A stretch of 64,000 nt of DNA from an uncultured Staphylococcaceae bacterium (GTDB lineage Bacteria > Bacillota_I > Bacilli_A > RFN20 > CAG-826), in assembly GCA_964639215.1 (NCBI GenBank), contig CAZXCV010000006.1:410-64409 (forward strand), in the 5' to 3' direction. This document shows, piece after piece, positions 1 to 8,862 of this stretch. The position numbers and the translations under genes were made by a program. Position 1 is the stretch's first letter. Each line of letters begins with the position of its first letter. The notes under the pieces are model-generated. The model was not told the DNA's origin. It did no database searches and saw nothing but the letters and a program-made list of their open reading frames with translations.

Positions 1-648
1 GTCGATCAAATAATTGAAGTCGAAACATCTGGAGAAGTATACCAAACAAGAACCGTTATAGTTGCTACGGGTCTCGGTGTTTATATGCCGCGCTTACTAG
101 AATGTCGTGGCGTTGAAGGTTGCCATAATATCATTTACGCTTTACATCGCCTCGATTTTCTCCGTGATAAACGCGTGGTCATTATGGGTGGTGGTGATGC
201 TGCGCTTGATTGGGCGCGAGACATCAGCAAAGTAACGCCATTTGTAACTTTAGTTCATCGCCGCCATGAATTTCGCGGAGATGTTGCCGTCATTAACAAG
301 CTAAAAAATTTAACAGTCAAGAAACCATTTTTACCAATTCAAATATTTAAAGATGGGGCTAACGCTCAATCAATTACGATTCAAAACGTCGAAACTCTTG
401 CTCTAGAGAAACTGACTTGCGATTATATATTCGTCAATTATGGTCATATTCCCATTAGTGCTTCGTTTGGTCTAGAAAAAATAGGACCTGGTCTTGCAGT
501 TAATAGTGTCATGCAGACGAGCCAACAACATGTTTATGCTGTTGGTGACGTTGTTAACTATCAAAATAAAAAACGGCGTATTGATGCCGGAATTTATGAA
601 ACCGAACTTGTTTTTGCACAACTAGAATCAGTATTATCCACGCGTTAG
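1..648 (+). CDS. Thioredoxin reductase / ferredoxin-NADP reductase-like flavoprotein, 3' portion (5' end lies outside the window)
   Basis: Frame is open from position 1 (VDQIIEVETSGEVYQTRTVIVATGLG...). Second NAD(P)-binding motif VVIMGGGDAALDWA and the typical C-terminal YAVGDV motif. The listed ORF at 85-648 is just the internal Met. Confidence 0.6.
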   Translation, partial: VDQIIEVETSGEVYQTRTVIVATGLGVYMPRLLECRGVEGCHNIIYALHRLDFLRDKRVVIMGGGDAALDWARDISKVTPFVTLVHRRHEFRGDVAVINKLKNLTVKKPFLPIQIFKDGANAQSITIQNVETLALEKLTCDYIFVNYGHIPISASFGLEKIGPGLAVNSVMQTSQQHVYAVGDVVNYQNKKRRIDAGIYETELVFAQLESVLSTR

Positions 649-1152
649 CGCAAGAAATTTAGCATAATAATCATCGACTAGTTGTGTATCAAATGGATAA
701 GTATGGTTTTTTAGCATCGATAAAACGCGTGTTTTGGCTTTTTGAATCACAAGTTGCAATTCGGGTGAGTATTGATATCGTTTGGTATAGCGCGCATGCT
801 CACCCTCATCGAGTGTGATGACGCGACCATCAGGAAAAAGTTTAAAATCCAAATCATAATCGATATAACGTAGCATTTCTTCTGCCATTAATGTTGGCGA
901 CGCTAAATTTACATAAAAAATAACCCCATCATCTTTGAGCATTGCAATGACGTTAAACCAATATTTTTTACTAAAAAAAGCGACTGCTGGTTCTTTGGAG
1001 TACCAGCGTCTTCCATCATATTCAATGACGCGTGTACGTTTGCTCGCTGTGATGAAATATTCCTCATTGTCTTCAAGTAAAAAATTACGTTCCCAACATC
1101 GGTGTAACGATCCATCATGCTTATAACTTTGAATCTTAATCCAAGGTGTCAA
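634..1152 (-). CDS. DUF402 family protein (nucleoside tri/diphosphatase Ntdp-like)
   Basis: 172 aa, size and composition typical of DUF402; convergent with the upstream reductase with a 15 nt overlap. Confidence 0.45.
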   Translation of the reverse strand: MTPWIKIQSYKHDGSLHRCWERNFLLEDNEEYFITASKRTRVIEYDGRRWYSKEPAVAFFSKKYWFNVIAMLKDDGVIFYVNLASPTLMAEEMLRYIDYDLDFKLFPDGRVITLDEGEHARYTKRYQYSPELQLVIQKAKTRVLSMLKNHTYPFDTQLVDDYYAKFLALTRG

Positions 1153-1243
1153 ATAAAAACTCGATTCTAGCGAAATGCTGCCGTATTTAGGTGGTGGCTA
1201 TCATCGTTATTTTAACAAATATTCCAAGCATGAAACTATTTAT

Positions 1244-2122
1244 TTAGTGTAATGTTTTAACCAGTTTCTCAATTAATCGTAAGTCATGGTCAAATCGCTC
1301 AAGGGCTGATGCAATCACGGCGTGTTCATAGGCCACATTCATAATGGCGTCATTGTAAGACAAAAGCAGGTATAAATAATCGTCTTTAATGACAGCGGTA
1401 ACGTCCATGAGTTCGTTACCTAGTTCAAATGAATCAAGTATTTTCAATAATTCATGTGATAGTAATTTCGGCATCGTTTTATCTTGTCCATAGATGAAGC
1501 GTTTGCCCGATACCTCAAGTGGCTCAAAATCATTGAAACCATCAGGAAGGATCGCATCATCCCGATACTGTCGATGAACGATATAATGACCTGGACATGA
1601 AGAAGGTAATTTGAAGCGAAAAATGCGTCCAAAGAAAGCAACAGCAATCCGTTTTTCAATCCCAATTCGCACTCCAGCATCGCATACTTGAAATTGTGTA
1701 TCGATGATTTCACCAGAAATACAGTTGCGACTGATGAGACTAATGACGTTTTTTAGTAGTCCGAGATTGCGAAATTCTTCAACATTCATCCCTTCGCGTT
1801 CTTTAATCTCAATCTGACTGAATGGTGATTGCTGATAATAAAAGTTTGCAACTTCATGATAATAGTCAAAAATATAGCGATAGACTCGTTGATTAAGCCA
1901 AGTTTTAGCGGACCTCGAATAGACAAACATCGCGATTAGTAATGCCCCAATTACAAGTAATCCCAAATTGCTATTAGCAGGCAATAAAAAAATGAATACC
2001 GGTATCATCGCGATGACAAAAATGCCCAGTATGATTAAATTCGTCGTTTTTGTCCGTTTAAATAGTGTTAAAAAACTTTGACGTTTAGCTTCAAGTACTT
2101 TAATTATTTGATCCATTACCAT
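1244..2122 (-). CDS. Membrane protein, DUF3137-like (two N-terminal TM helices plus a soluble domain)
   Basis: ORF 1244-2167. The internal Met at 2122 or 2116 is preferred because the longer start overlaps thiT by about 68 nt. N-terminal hydrophobic hairpin IILGIFVIAMIPVFIFLL and LLVIGALLIAMFVY. Confidence 0.35.
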   Translation of the reverse strand: MVMDQIIKVLEAKRQSFLTLFKRTKTTNLIILGIFVIAMIPVFIFLLPANSNLGLLVIGALLIAMFVYSRSAKTWLNQRVYRYIFDYYHEVANFYYQQSPFSQIEIKEREGMNVEEFRNLGLLKNVISLISRNCISGEIIDTQFQVCDAGVRIGIEKRIAVAFFGRIFRFKLPSSCPGHYIVHRQYRDDAILPDGFNDFEPLEVSGKRFIYGQDKTMPKLLSHELLKILDSFELGNELMDVTAVIKDDYLYLLLSYNDAIMNVAYEHAVIASALERFDHDLRLIEKLVKTLH

Positions 2123-2699
2123 GCTCCTTATCACGAGGCTGGGCTTCACTTGTCGGATAACGGGCATTGATTCGTTGAAGTGGGAGGTAGAGTAAAATCA
2201 TGACCGGAATCGTAATGGCAAGCGAGGGCAATATCACAAAGATGGCATTGTAGGATAAAGAAAATAGCAACGTTGCTTCATAAATAACGATACCTGACAA
2301 AACATGGAAAACATACCTTATAGCCACAACACTAATGATAGAAACTGCTAGCCATATGTAATTGAACACTAAGTGAGGATATTTTTTATTGATTAACGGA
2401 CGGAATAAGGCAATTAATGAAAGTGAGCCATAGGCAAGAAAATAATCAATTGGATATGTGACAAACCCATAACCATCTAGTAAATTTGTCACGAGTCCAT
2501 AGACGATACCAATACCAAAGAAGGCTTTGACAAGCCCTTGGCGTAACGCTAAGACTAGTAACGGCACCATCGTCAATGATAACGAGCCACTTTGTGACCC
2601 AAGACGGATTTTTAATCCATCACGATCAAGCAAAATAGCAATCGATACGAGCATAGCTATTTCAGCAATGTCACGAATGGTTAGATGTTTGATTTTCAT
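2100..2699 (-). CDS. thiT: ECF transporter S component, thiamine-specific (ThiT-like)
   Basis: About 200 aa polytopic membrane protein. ATG at 2699 preceded by AGGAG (minus strand). A TPP riboswitch lies immediately upstream. Confidence 0.6.
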   Translation of the reverse strand: MKIKHLTIRDIAEIAMLVSIAILLDRDGLKIRLGSQSGSLSLTMVPLLVLALRQGLVKAFFGIGIVYGLVTNLLDGYGFVTYPIDYFLAYGSLSLIALFRPLINKKYPHLVFNYIWLAVSIISVVAIRYVFHVLSGIVIYEATLLFSLSYNAIFVILPSLAITIPVMILLYLPLQRINARYPTSEAQPRDKEHGNGSNN

Positions 2700-2711
2700 T
2701 GCGCTACTCCT

Positions 2712-2739
2712 AATAAAAAATCCTTGGTCTAGCAAGGAT
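2712..2739 (-). terminator. Riboswitch expression-platform terminator (7 bp stem ATCCTTG/CAAGGAT followed by a T-run)
   Basis: Minus-strand RNA reads auccuugcuagaccaaggauuuuuua. It sits between the aptamer and the thiT RBS. Confidence 0.5.
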
Positions 2740-2740
2740 A

Positions 2741-2830
2741 CAAACCTACGCTAGCATTATCTAGATCAGGTGTGGTCGATAGTGGCTTAACTATCCTCTC
2801 AGCCATGTGCCCCATAGCTCCCGCTTAGAT
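2741..2830 (-). ncRNA. TPP (thiamine pyrophosphate) riboswitch aptamer, THI element
   Basis: The minus-strand RNA contains GGGGCAC...GCUGAGAGG, a variable P3 stem (GAUAGU/ACUAUC) and ACACCUGAUCUAGAUAAUGCUAGCGUAGG. This matches the conserved THI-box core CUGAGA...ACCUGAUCUGGAUAAUGCCAGCGUAGGGAA. Confidence 0.8.
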
Positions 2831-2844
2831 TATAAGTGAAAATA

Positions 2845-3528
2845 TTATGTATTGGTAGTGTTTTCCCACCTGATGGGCATCACACCTTTGGCTCTAAGAA
2901 AATCATTGGTCTTTGAAAAGTGGCGATTACCAAACCAGCCACCACGATTCGCCGCTAATGGGGAGGGATGGACCGCTTCAAGAATCAGGTGATGTGGATT
3001 CGTTAATAAACGCCGATAACTTCTGGCAAACGATCCCCACAGAAGAAAAACGAAGGGTTGTTCGATTGAATTAAGATAGGTCAATACATGCTCGAAAAAT
3101 TTAATGTAGCCTGCATGTCGATGACTAAGTGGTTGACTTTGCCGAACTGTCAAAAAAGCATTCAATAAGAGCACGCCTTGCTGCGCCCAGTGAGTGAGAT
3201 TTCCAGATGAAAAATTCATTTTTATCCCGATGTCTTGCTCGATTTCTTTATAAATATTGATAAGACTCATCGGTAACGGAATACCATCAGGAACTGAAAA
3301 ACTTAGTCCCATCGCCTGTCCCGGTTCATGATAAGGATCTTGACCAATAATAATCACTTTTACTTTTGTCAGTGGTGTTATTTTGAAAGCATTGAACAGT
3401 AACTCACGCGGTGGGTAGATCTTGTAATTACGATATTCTTCGTCCAAAAAAAGTTGCAAATCCCGTGCGTATTCAAAATTTTTCTCATGTTTTAAGAAAG
3501 TTTCCCAATTCAAAGCACTTTGATTCAT
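2845..3528 (-). CDS. ung: Uracil-DNA glycosylase, family 1
   Basis: 227 aa. GQDPYH water-activating motif, HPSPL, length typical of Ung. Confidence 0.85.
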   Translation of the reverse strand: MNQSALNWETFLKHEKNFEYARDLQLFLDEEYRNYKIYPPRELLFNAFKITPLTKVKVIIIGQDPYHEPGQAMGLSFSVPDGIPLPMSLINIYKEIEQDIGIKMNFSSGNLTHWAQQGVLLLNAFLTVRQSQPLSHRHAGYIKFFEHVLTYLNSIEQPFVFLLWGSFARSYRRLLTNPHHLILEAVHPSPLAANRGGWFGNRHFSKTNDFLRAKGVMPIRWENTTNT

Positions 3529-3588
3529 ACAAATTATTTTACAATGTATTTCTATAATAACCTAATGTATAATGTATTGGCATAAACC

Positions 3589-4686
3589 ATGAAAGTTCTT
3601 TTTGTCTTTGCCCATCCGGCGCCTTATAAAATCGATTTATTCAATGGGCTTGTCCCACACATGGATTTGACTGTTGTTTTCGAACGACATGCCAGTGGCT
3701 TTCGGCATCCGTTTTTTTATGATCGGACCCAATATAACTTCCGCACTATTTTCCTACGCGGTATTAATCTTGGCGCTGAAAATCATTTCTCATGTGAGTT
3801 AATCCGTCACTTGCGAAAAAATGAATATGATTTAATTATCATGAATGGTTACTCCTCATTAACAGAAATCATTACCATCCGCTATTTGCTTCGTATGAAA
3901 CGCCATTACGTTCTTTATGTGAATGGTGGTGTCGTCCATGAGGACCCACCATGGCGTTATAAATTGAAACGGCAACTCGTCAGTGGAGCATCCCACTATT
4001 TTGCACCCACAACCTATGTCGATGATTACTTATGTCACTATGGGGCGCAAAAGGACAAAATCATCCATTACCCATATGCGACGATTTATACTCATGACAT
4101 CTTAAAAAAAGCACGATCCGCGATTGAAAAAAACAACTTTTGGAAAAAATTAAATATCAATAAGGGGCCCGTGTTTATCAGCGCCGGACAATTCGTCGAT
4201 CGAAAAAATAATATCCGCGTTTTGCAAATTTGGGAAAAGCGTCCAAACAACAATCAATTGCTACTTGTGGGATCTGGACCCGATGAAAAGAAATATCGTG
4301 ATTATATTGCAGCACATCACCTTGATAACGTGACGATTATGCCCTATCAAAAACGCGACCAGTTATTAAACATGATGGGTTACGCCACGGGCTTCATCAT
4401 CTTAAGTAAAGAGGATATTTACGGACATGTGATCAATGAATCATTGTCTCAGGGATTACCAGTCATCAGTTCACGACGTGTCATGGCAGCGCTTCATCTC
4501 ATCACTCAAGGAGAAAATGGATTTCTTGTTGACCTCGATGATGAAGATGTCATCCATGGTGCAATTACCTCATTAATCAAAGAAGACCGTTATGAATCAT
4601 GTGTAAATACCGCGAAAAATCAAACGATTGAAGCAATGGTGACTCAGCACCTCGATAGCTTCGAAAAATTATTAACATGCGAATAA
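3589..4686 (+). CDS. Glycosyltransferase, GT-B fold (group 1 / GT4-like)
   Basis: 365 aa. C-terminal GT1 region (GLPVISS...ENGFLVD). Confidence 0.55.
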   Translation: MKVLFVFAHPAPYKIDLFNGLVPHMDLTVVFERHASGFRHPFFYDRTQYNFRTIFLRGINLGAENHFSCELIRHLRKNEYDLIIMNGYSSLTEIITIRYLLRMKRHYVLYVNGGVVHEDPPWRYKLKRQLVSGASHYFAPTTYVDDYLCHYGAQKDKIIHYPYATIYTHDILKKARSAIEKNNFWKKLNINKGPVFISAGQFVDRKNNIRVLQIWEKRPNNNQLLLVGSGPDEKKYRDYIAAHHLDNVTIMPYQKRDQLLNMMGYATGFIILSKEDIYGHVINESLSQGLPVISSRRVMAALHLITQGENGFLVDLDDEDVIHGAITSLIKEDRYESCVNTAKNQTIEAMVTQHLDSFEKLLTCE

Positions 4687-5825
4687 TATATTTAACTAAT
4701 TCAATGCTGACTGACGATTTTGACGAGCTGAATGCCAAAGTTAAAATTAAGGCTAACCCCAGCAATCAAAACTTTCATCGTCGTTTGATTCGTGCGTTTG
4801 GCACGGAGTATCAAGTAAGCGTCATTTCGTATCGAGCATTGGTCGCTTACAACGAACCAGCTTTCTTGCCTCATGAATGGAAACGCCAGCAAAAAATCAC
4901 ATATCATTATTTGCCTGTCTATAACCGTAAATACATCAAACAAAAACGGATTGTTGATGATGGCATGAAACTGATTAATGAGTTTTCGGAGATCAAACGT
5001 CATCCAAACGCCATTCTAGTCGTTGATGCGATTAATGGCACACTCCGTCGACTCGCCCTTAAAGCCAGAAAGAGATTTCACATTAAGACACTGGCAATTG
5101 TGACAGATAACCCATTGCTTCTTAGTGGAGCTAACAAAAAATCAGCGACCAGCGCCATCAAAGAAATGCAACAATTCGACTATTATTTATCCTTGACCGA
5201 AGCACTTGATGTCATGGCTAATCCACACCACCGGCCTCATCTAAACTTTCCTGGTGTGATTGAAGATCGTAAATGTTTTTCCTCATACCCCCGACCTTAT
5301 TTATTTTTTGCGGGGGCGATGCACGAGCGTTATGGCGTCAATAATCTCATCACCGCATTTATGAATACGACTTATGATGTCGATTTGTTAATCGCGGGTC
5401 ATGGGCCGAGTCACTTTGTCGAGCAAAGCACCCTAAAAGACAAACGCATTAAGTTTATCGGACAACTTACTCAAGAAGCTACTTATAAATATGAAGCCGG
5501 ATCATTATTGAACATTAACCCTCGTCCTTACGATCGGAAACTTGATATCTTCTCGGTACCGAGCAAATTTTTTGAATATATGACAAGTGGCGCACCGACA
5601 ATGTCAACTGAACATAGCCTCTTAACACCACAATTTCAAAAATTAGCAATCTGGGCCGGTCAAGGTTCAATTATGGAAATAAGAACGGCATTAATTGAAT
5701 TTATGGAAATGTCACCAGCAAGTCGTGACCGAATGGCTAAAAGAGCCAAAGAAGCCGTATTAACGGAATTTGGGATTGAAGCAATCGCCAAGAAACTTAA
5801 TCAATTTATAAGTTCTCTCAAATAA
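4677..5825 (+). CDS. Glycosyltransferase-like protein (GT-B fold, divergent)
   Basis: 382 aa. Overlaps the upstream GT by 10 nt (co-transcribed). Loose GT-B features; specificity unknown. Confidence 0.35.
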   Translation: MRIIYLTNSMLTDDFDELNAKVKIKANPSNQNFHRRLIRAFGTEYQVSVISYRALVAYNEPAFLPHEWKRQQKITYHYLPVYNRKYIKQKRIVDDGMKLINEFSEIKRHPNAILVVDAINGTLRRLALKARKRFHIKTLAIVTDNPLLLSGANKKSATSAIKEMQQFDYYLSLTEALDVMANPHHRPHLNFPGVIEDRKCFSSYPRPYLFFAGAMHERYGVNNLITAFMNTTYDVDLLIAGHGPSHFVEQSTLKDKRIKFIGQLTQEATYKYEAGSLLNINPRPYDRKLDIFSVPSKFFEYMTSGAPTMSTEHSLLTPQFQKLAIWAGQGSIMEIRTALIEFMEMSPASRDRMAKRAKEAVLTEFGIEAIAKKLNQFISSLK

Positions 5826-6985
5826 TCCTCAAGTTTACGCCCGATTTTTTCGAGTGTGAAATGCTGATTAAAATATGATTGATTACGCGCTCCAAGCGCG
5901 TTTTTTTCTGCATCTGTCAATGAAATTAATGTTTGAACACCTTCGATGAAACCATCAACAGTCGGTGCAACGATTATTCCACCTCCCGCTTCGCGTAAAA
6001 CATTAGCCCCATCACCTGCAATCGCTCCGATAATCGGACGTCCAAAGCCGAGGTACATGATTAGTTTATTAGGAATTGTTTGACCGACATAACCACCATC
6101 CTTAAGAGCAACAACAACTGCGGTCGCCTTAGGAATATATGCCACGGCTTCAGCGCTTTTTAACGTTCCATAATAATGAATTCGTGCGCTTAATTGATGC
6201 GTTTTAATAAATTCTTGAATTCGCGGCCATGCCGTTCCATAACCAATTAAATGAAGATGAACATTATCTGATAATCTTTCCATCGCCGATACAAGTTCAT
6301 CAAGTAACTGTACTTGGCCGATATTACCGATATAAACGAGATTATATGGGGCTTCATAAGTAATTGGTGCAAGTTTAAGTTCACTTGTAAGTGCCGGTTG
6401 CACTAATACATTGAGTTTATTCGCATCGAGGTGATGCTCTTTAATCATGTACTCTTGATAAGAGGGGGAACCGACTAGCAAGCGATCCGCCGCTCGATAT
6501 ATACGCTGTGACCACGATTTAAGAATTTGATACGCCAGGGTGTCGCGTTGAATATAGTTAGTGAATACCGCTGATTCGGGCCAGATGTCAACGCAATATA
6601 ACATTAATGGCAATTTGTGTTTTCTCGCAAAATCAATCGCGGGTACTAATGAGATAACGGGCGATAAACTCATGCCAAAGACGATGTCATAATTACCTTG
6701 ATGTTTTCTGGCGAACTGACGACCACGGAAATAATAAGAAAAATAATTGATGATAAGACCTAAACGGCCTGGACGCCGAGCAACAATCGGTAAACGATGA
6801 ACCTTAACCCCATCGAGTATTTCAAATGAGCAGTTTTTATATTCAGGTAAGATACGACCAAAGCCAGCATTAGGACGTCCCGTGACCACCGTAACTTGAT
6901 GGCCTTGGGCGACTAATTGCCGCATTAATGGTGTAATCGTGAAATTTTCTGGGTAGTAAAATTGACAAAATGTTAGAATGTTCAT
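5801..6985 (-). CDS. Glycosyltransferase family 4 (WbuB/GT1-like)
   Basis: Starts at MNILTFCQFYYPE (internal Met at 6985; the ORF extends to 7042). Typical GT4 N-terminus and C-terminal GT1 domain (GFGRPIIGAIAGDGANVL). Confidence 0.6.
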   Translation of the reverse strand: MNILTFCQFYYPENFTITPLMRQLVAQGHQVTVVTGRPNAGFGRILPEYKNCSFEILDGVKVHRLPIVARRPGRLGLIINYFSYYFRGRQFARKHQGNYDIVFGMSLSPVISLVPAIDFARKHKLPLMLYCVDIWPESAVFTNYIQRDTLAYQILKSWSQRIYRAADRLLVGSPSYQEYMIKEHHLDANKLNVLVQPALTSELKLAPITYEAPYNLVYIGNIGQVQLLDELVSAMERLSDNVHLHLIGYGTAWPRIQEFIKTHQLSARIHYYGTLKSAEAVAYIPKATAVVVALKDGGYVGQTIPNKLIMYLGFGRPIIGAIAGDGANVLREAGGGIIVAPTVDGFIEGVQTLISLTDAEKNALGARNQSYFNQHFTLEKIGRKLEDYLRELIN

Positions 6986-7120
6986 AATCGAATTTATTTT
7001 AACGAACAATTTGTAATTTGGCGATGTAATTCGTATTAACATATAAATATTCTTAAAGATATCGTTAAATTTATAGTCACTTATTAATTACCTATACCAG
7101 TGACGCAATAATTTGCGATA

Positions 7121-8068
7121 ATGATATGGATTAAAAAACTAGGACCAATGAATCGTAAATTTCGCAAACTCAACCCAATCCAACGCTATGTGTTCGCTCC
7201 AATCCGCGCCATGATGCGCCAATTTTTTCCAGTCACCCTTGTCAAGTGGCAGTATCGTTATTTGACACGCCACCGCCTTGATCTTAAACATCCAACCCGC
7301 TATACAGAGAAATTGCAGTATTTACGATTATTCGTTTATCCCAATGACCCGCTTGTAATCCAGTGTTCCGACCGTGTTACCGTCAGGGATTACGTTGCAA
7401 GATTAGGATATTCCGCCTATCTCATCGAAAGTTATGGTAGCCATGAGACGATTGCGAGTGTTGATTTCTCAAATCTTCCCGATCAATTCGTCATGAAATG
7501 TTCTCATGCTTGCGCCTTTAATCTAATTGTGACAAACAAAAATAATCTTGATATCCCGATGATGCATAACCAATTTGGTAAATGGTTAAAAACGGATTAT
7601 GGAAAGCTGACGATTGAACGTCATTATAGTCGCACAAAACCACGCGTTCTCATCGAAAAATACCTCGGAAATGGAAGCGACCTTCCTATCGAGTATAAAA
7701 TTCATGTGTTTAATGGCAAGGCTCGCAATTTATATGTTGTTACAGGACGCGGACAAGACATTCGTTATACCAATTTTTACATCGATTGGACTCCGTTTGA
7801 CGGGAGCCAATTCAATGGATGGCGAAAAGATGAACATCCACTTAGCAAGCCCGACAATTTTAATGATATGGTGGCTTTCGCTGAAGCGCTCGCAGCCCCA
7901 TTTCCATTCGTTCGGGTTGACCTATACTCGATAGATGGTAAAATATTTTTTAGTGAAATGACATTCACGCCCGCTAAAGGAACGTTATTATTAGATGACG
8001 ATCAGGTAGACTTTGAAATGGGTGCGTGGCTTGACATCTCAAACTATCTTGAAGGAGCAAATAAATGA
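7121..8068 (+). CDS. ATP-grasp fold amidoligase, TupA-like (teichuronopeptide-type)
   Basis: 315 aa. The middle region (KCSHACAFNLIV...EYKIHVFNGKARNLYVVTGRG...FYIDWTPFD) resembles the TupA-like ATP-grasp family. Confidence 0.45.
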   Translation: MIWIKKLGPMNRKFRKLNPIQRYVFAPIRAMMRQFFPVTLVKWQYRYLTRHRLDLKHPTRYTEKLQYLRLFVYPNDPLVIQCSDRVTVRDYVARLGYSAYLIESYGSHETIASVDFSNLPDQFVMKCSHACAFNLIVTNKNNLDIPMMHNQFGKWLKTDYGKLTIERHYSRTKPRVLIEKYLGNGSDLPIEYKIHVFNGKARNLYVVTGRGQDIRYTNFYIDWTPFDGSQFNGWRKDEHPLSKPDNFNDMVAFAEALAAPFPFVRVDLYSIDGKIFFSEMTFTPAKGTLLLDDDQVDFEMGAWLDISNYLEGANK

Positions 8069-8859
8069 AGAAACGCTCACTATTAATCGCCCTTGGCATG
8101 ATTGCGTTAACATCATGTGGCCAAGACGTAGCTTTAGCGCTTGAACGCACGACTTACCACACGGCGACATTTGCCGATAATATGTATCAAGACACCGTGC
8201 TATCAACGACGTTAGCACCAGCTCATATTGCTAATAAAATGACATACACTGTCACAAGGGATGATCTAATCACCGGCGTTACGAATGTTAACGAAACTGA
8301 TCGCTACGTCACTGTTAATGGGACACCGACGCTCGTTAACGACGATTTGTTTGCAACCACATATAAACTCTCTAATAGTTTAACTGATGTTAAATACGGT
8401 TTTGAAAGCAAATTATTTGATGGCATTCTCCATTGTAGCGATGCAATCCGCATTAGTAAAAGCCGCTTACAAATTCAGGCGTCTGGATTTGGCTATGTAT
8501 TTAATACTCCGCTACAATCTGCTAACTTGCTTGGTGTATATTTAAAAGCTGGCGCGGATACATTTTCTGGCGGTGTCGCCATCACCGATGTGCGTGTTAA
8601 ACTGTCTTACTATTTACCAACCACTAATCTTGAATTCATCCAACACGAATTCAATCTTGATGTTTTCGGGATTCGGAGACTTGATTTTCCCCAATTCTAC
8701 GGTTTTTATTTAACGGATGTTGCCCCATCATTATCGCTTCAAGGAGCGACTGCTGTCAGCGTTCAATATGAAATACTCGATGCGGCCGCCCAAGCAAGCG
8801 ATCCGCATTATACCGCAATTTTTGTCTATGAAGTAATGTTACCAAAAAGCACTTGGTAA
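8065..8859 (+). CDS. Lipoprotein, unknown function
   Basis: Signal peptide with lipobox LTSCGQ. Start overlaps the ATP-grasp stop (ATGA coupling). Confidence 0.5.
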   Translation: MKKRSLLIALGMIALTSCGQDVALALERTTYHTATFADNMYQDTVLSTTLAPAHIANKMTYTVTRDDLITGVTNVNETDRYVTVNGTPTLVNDDLFATTYKLSNSLTDVKYGFESKLFDGILHCSDAIRISKSRLQIQASGFGYVFNTPLQSANLLGVYLKAGADTFSGGVAITDVRVKLSYYLPTTNLEFIQHEFNLDVFGIRRLDFPQFYGFYLTDVAPSLSLQGATAVSVQYEILDAAAQASDPHYTAIFVYEVMLPKSTW

Positions 8860-8862
8860 TTA

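Noticed and set aside
909-1126. Small ORFs on both strands inside the DUF402 gene (909-1118 minus, 935-1126 plus)
   Set aside because: They are fully embedded in a longer, better-supported ORF. Typical shadow ORFs in AT-rich DNA.
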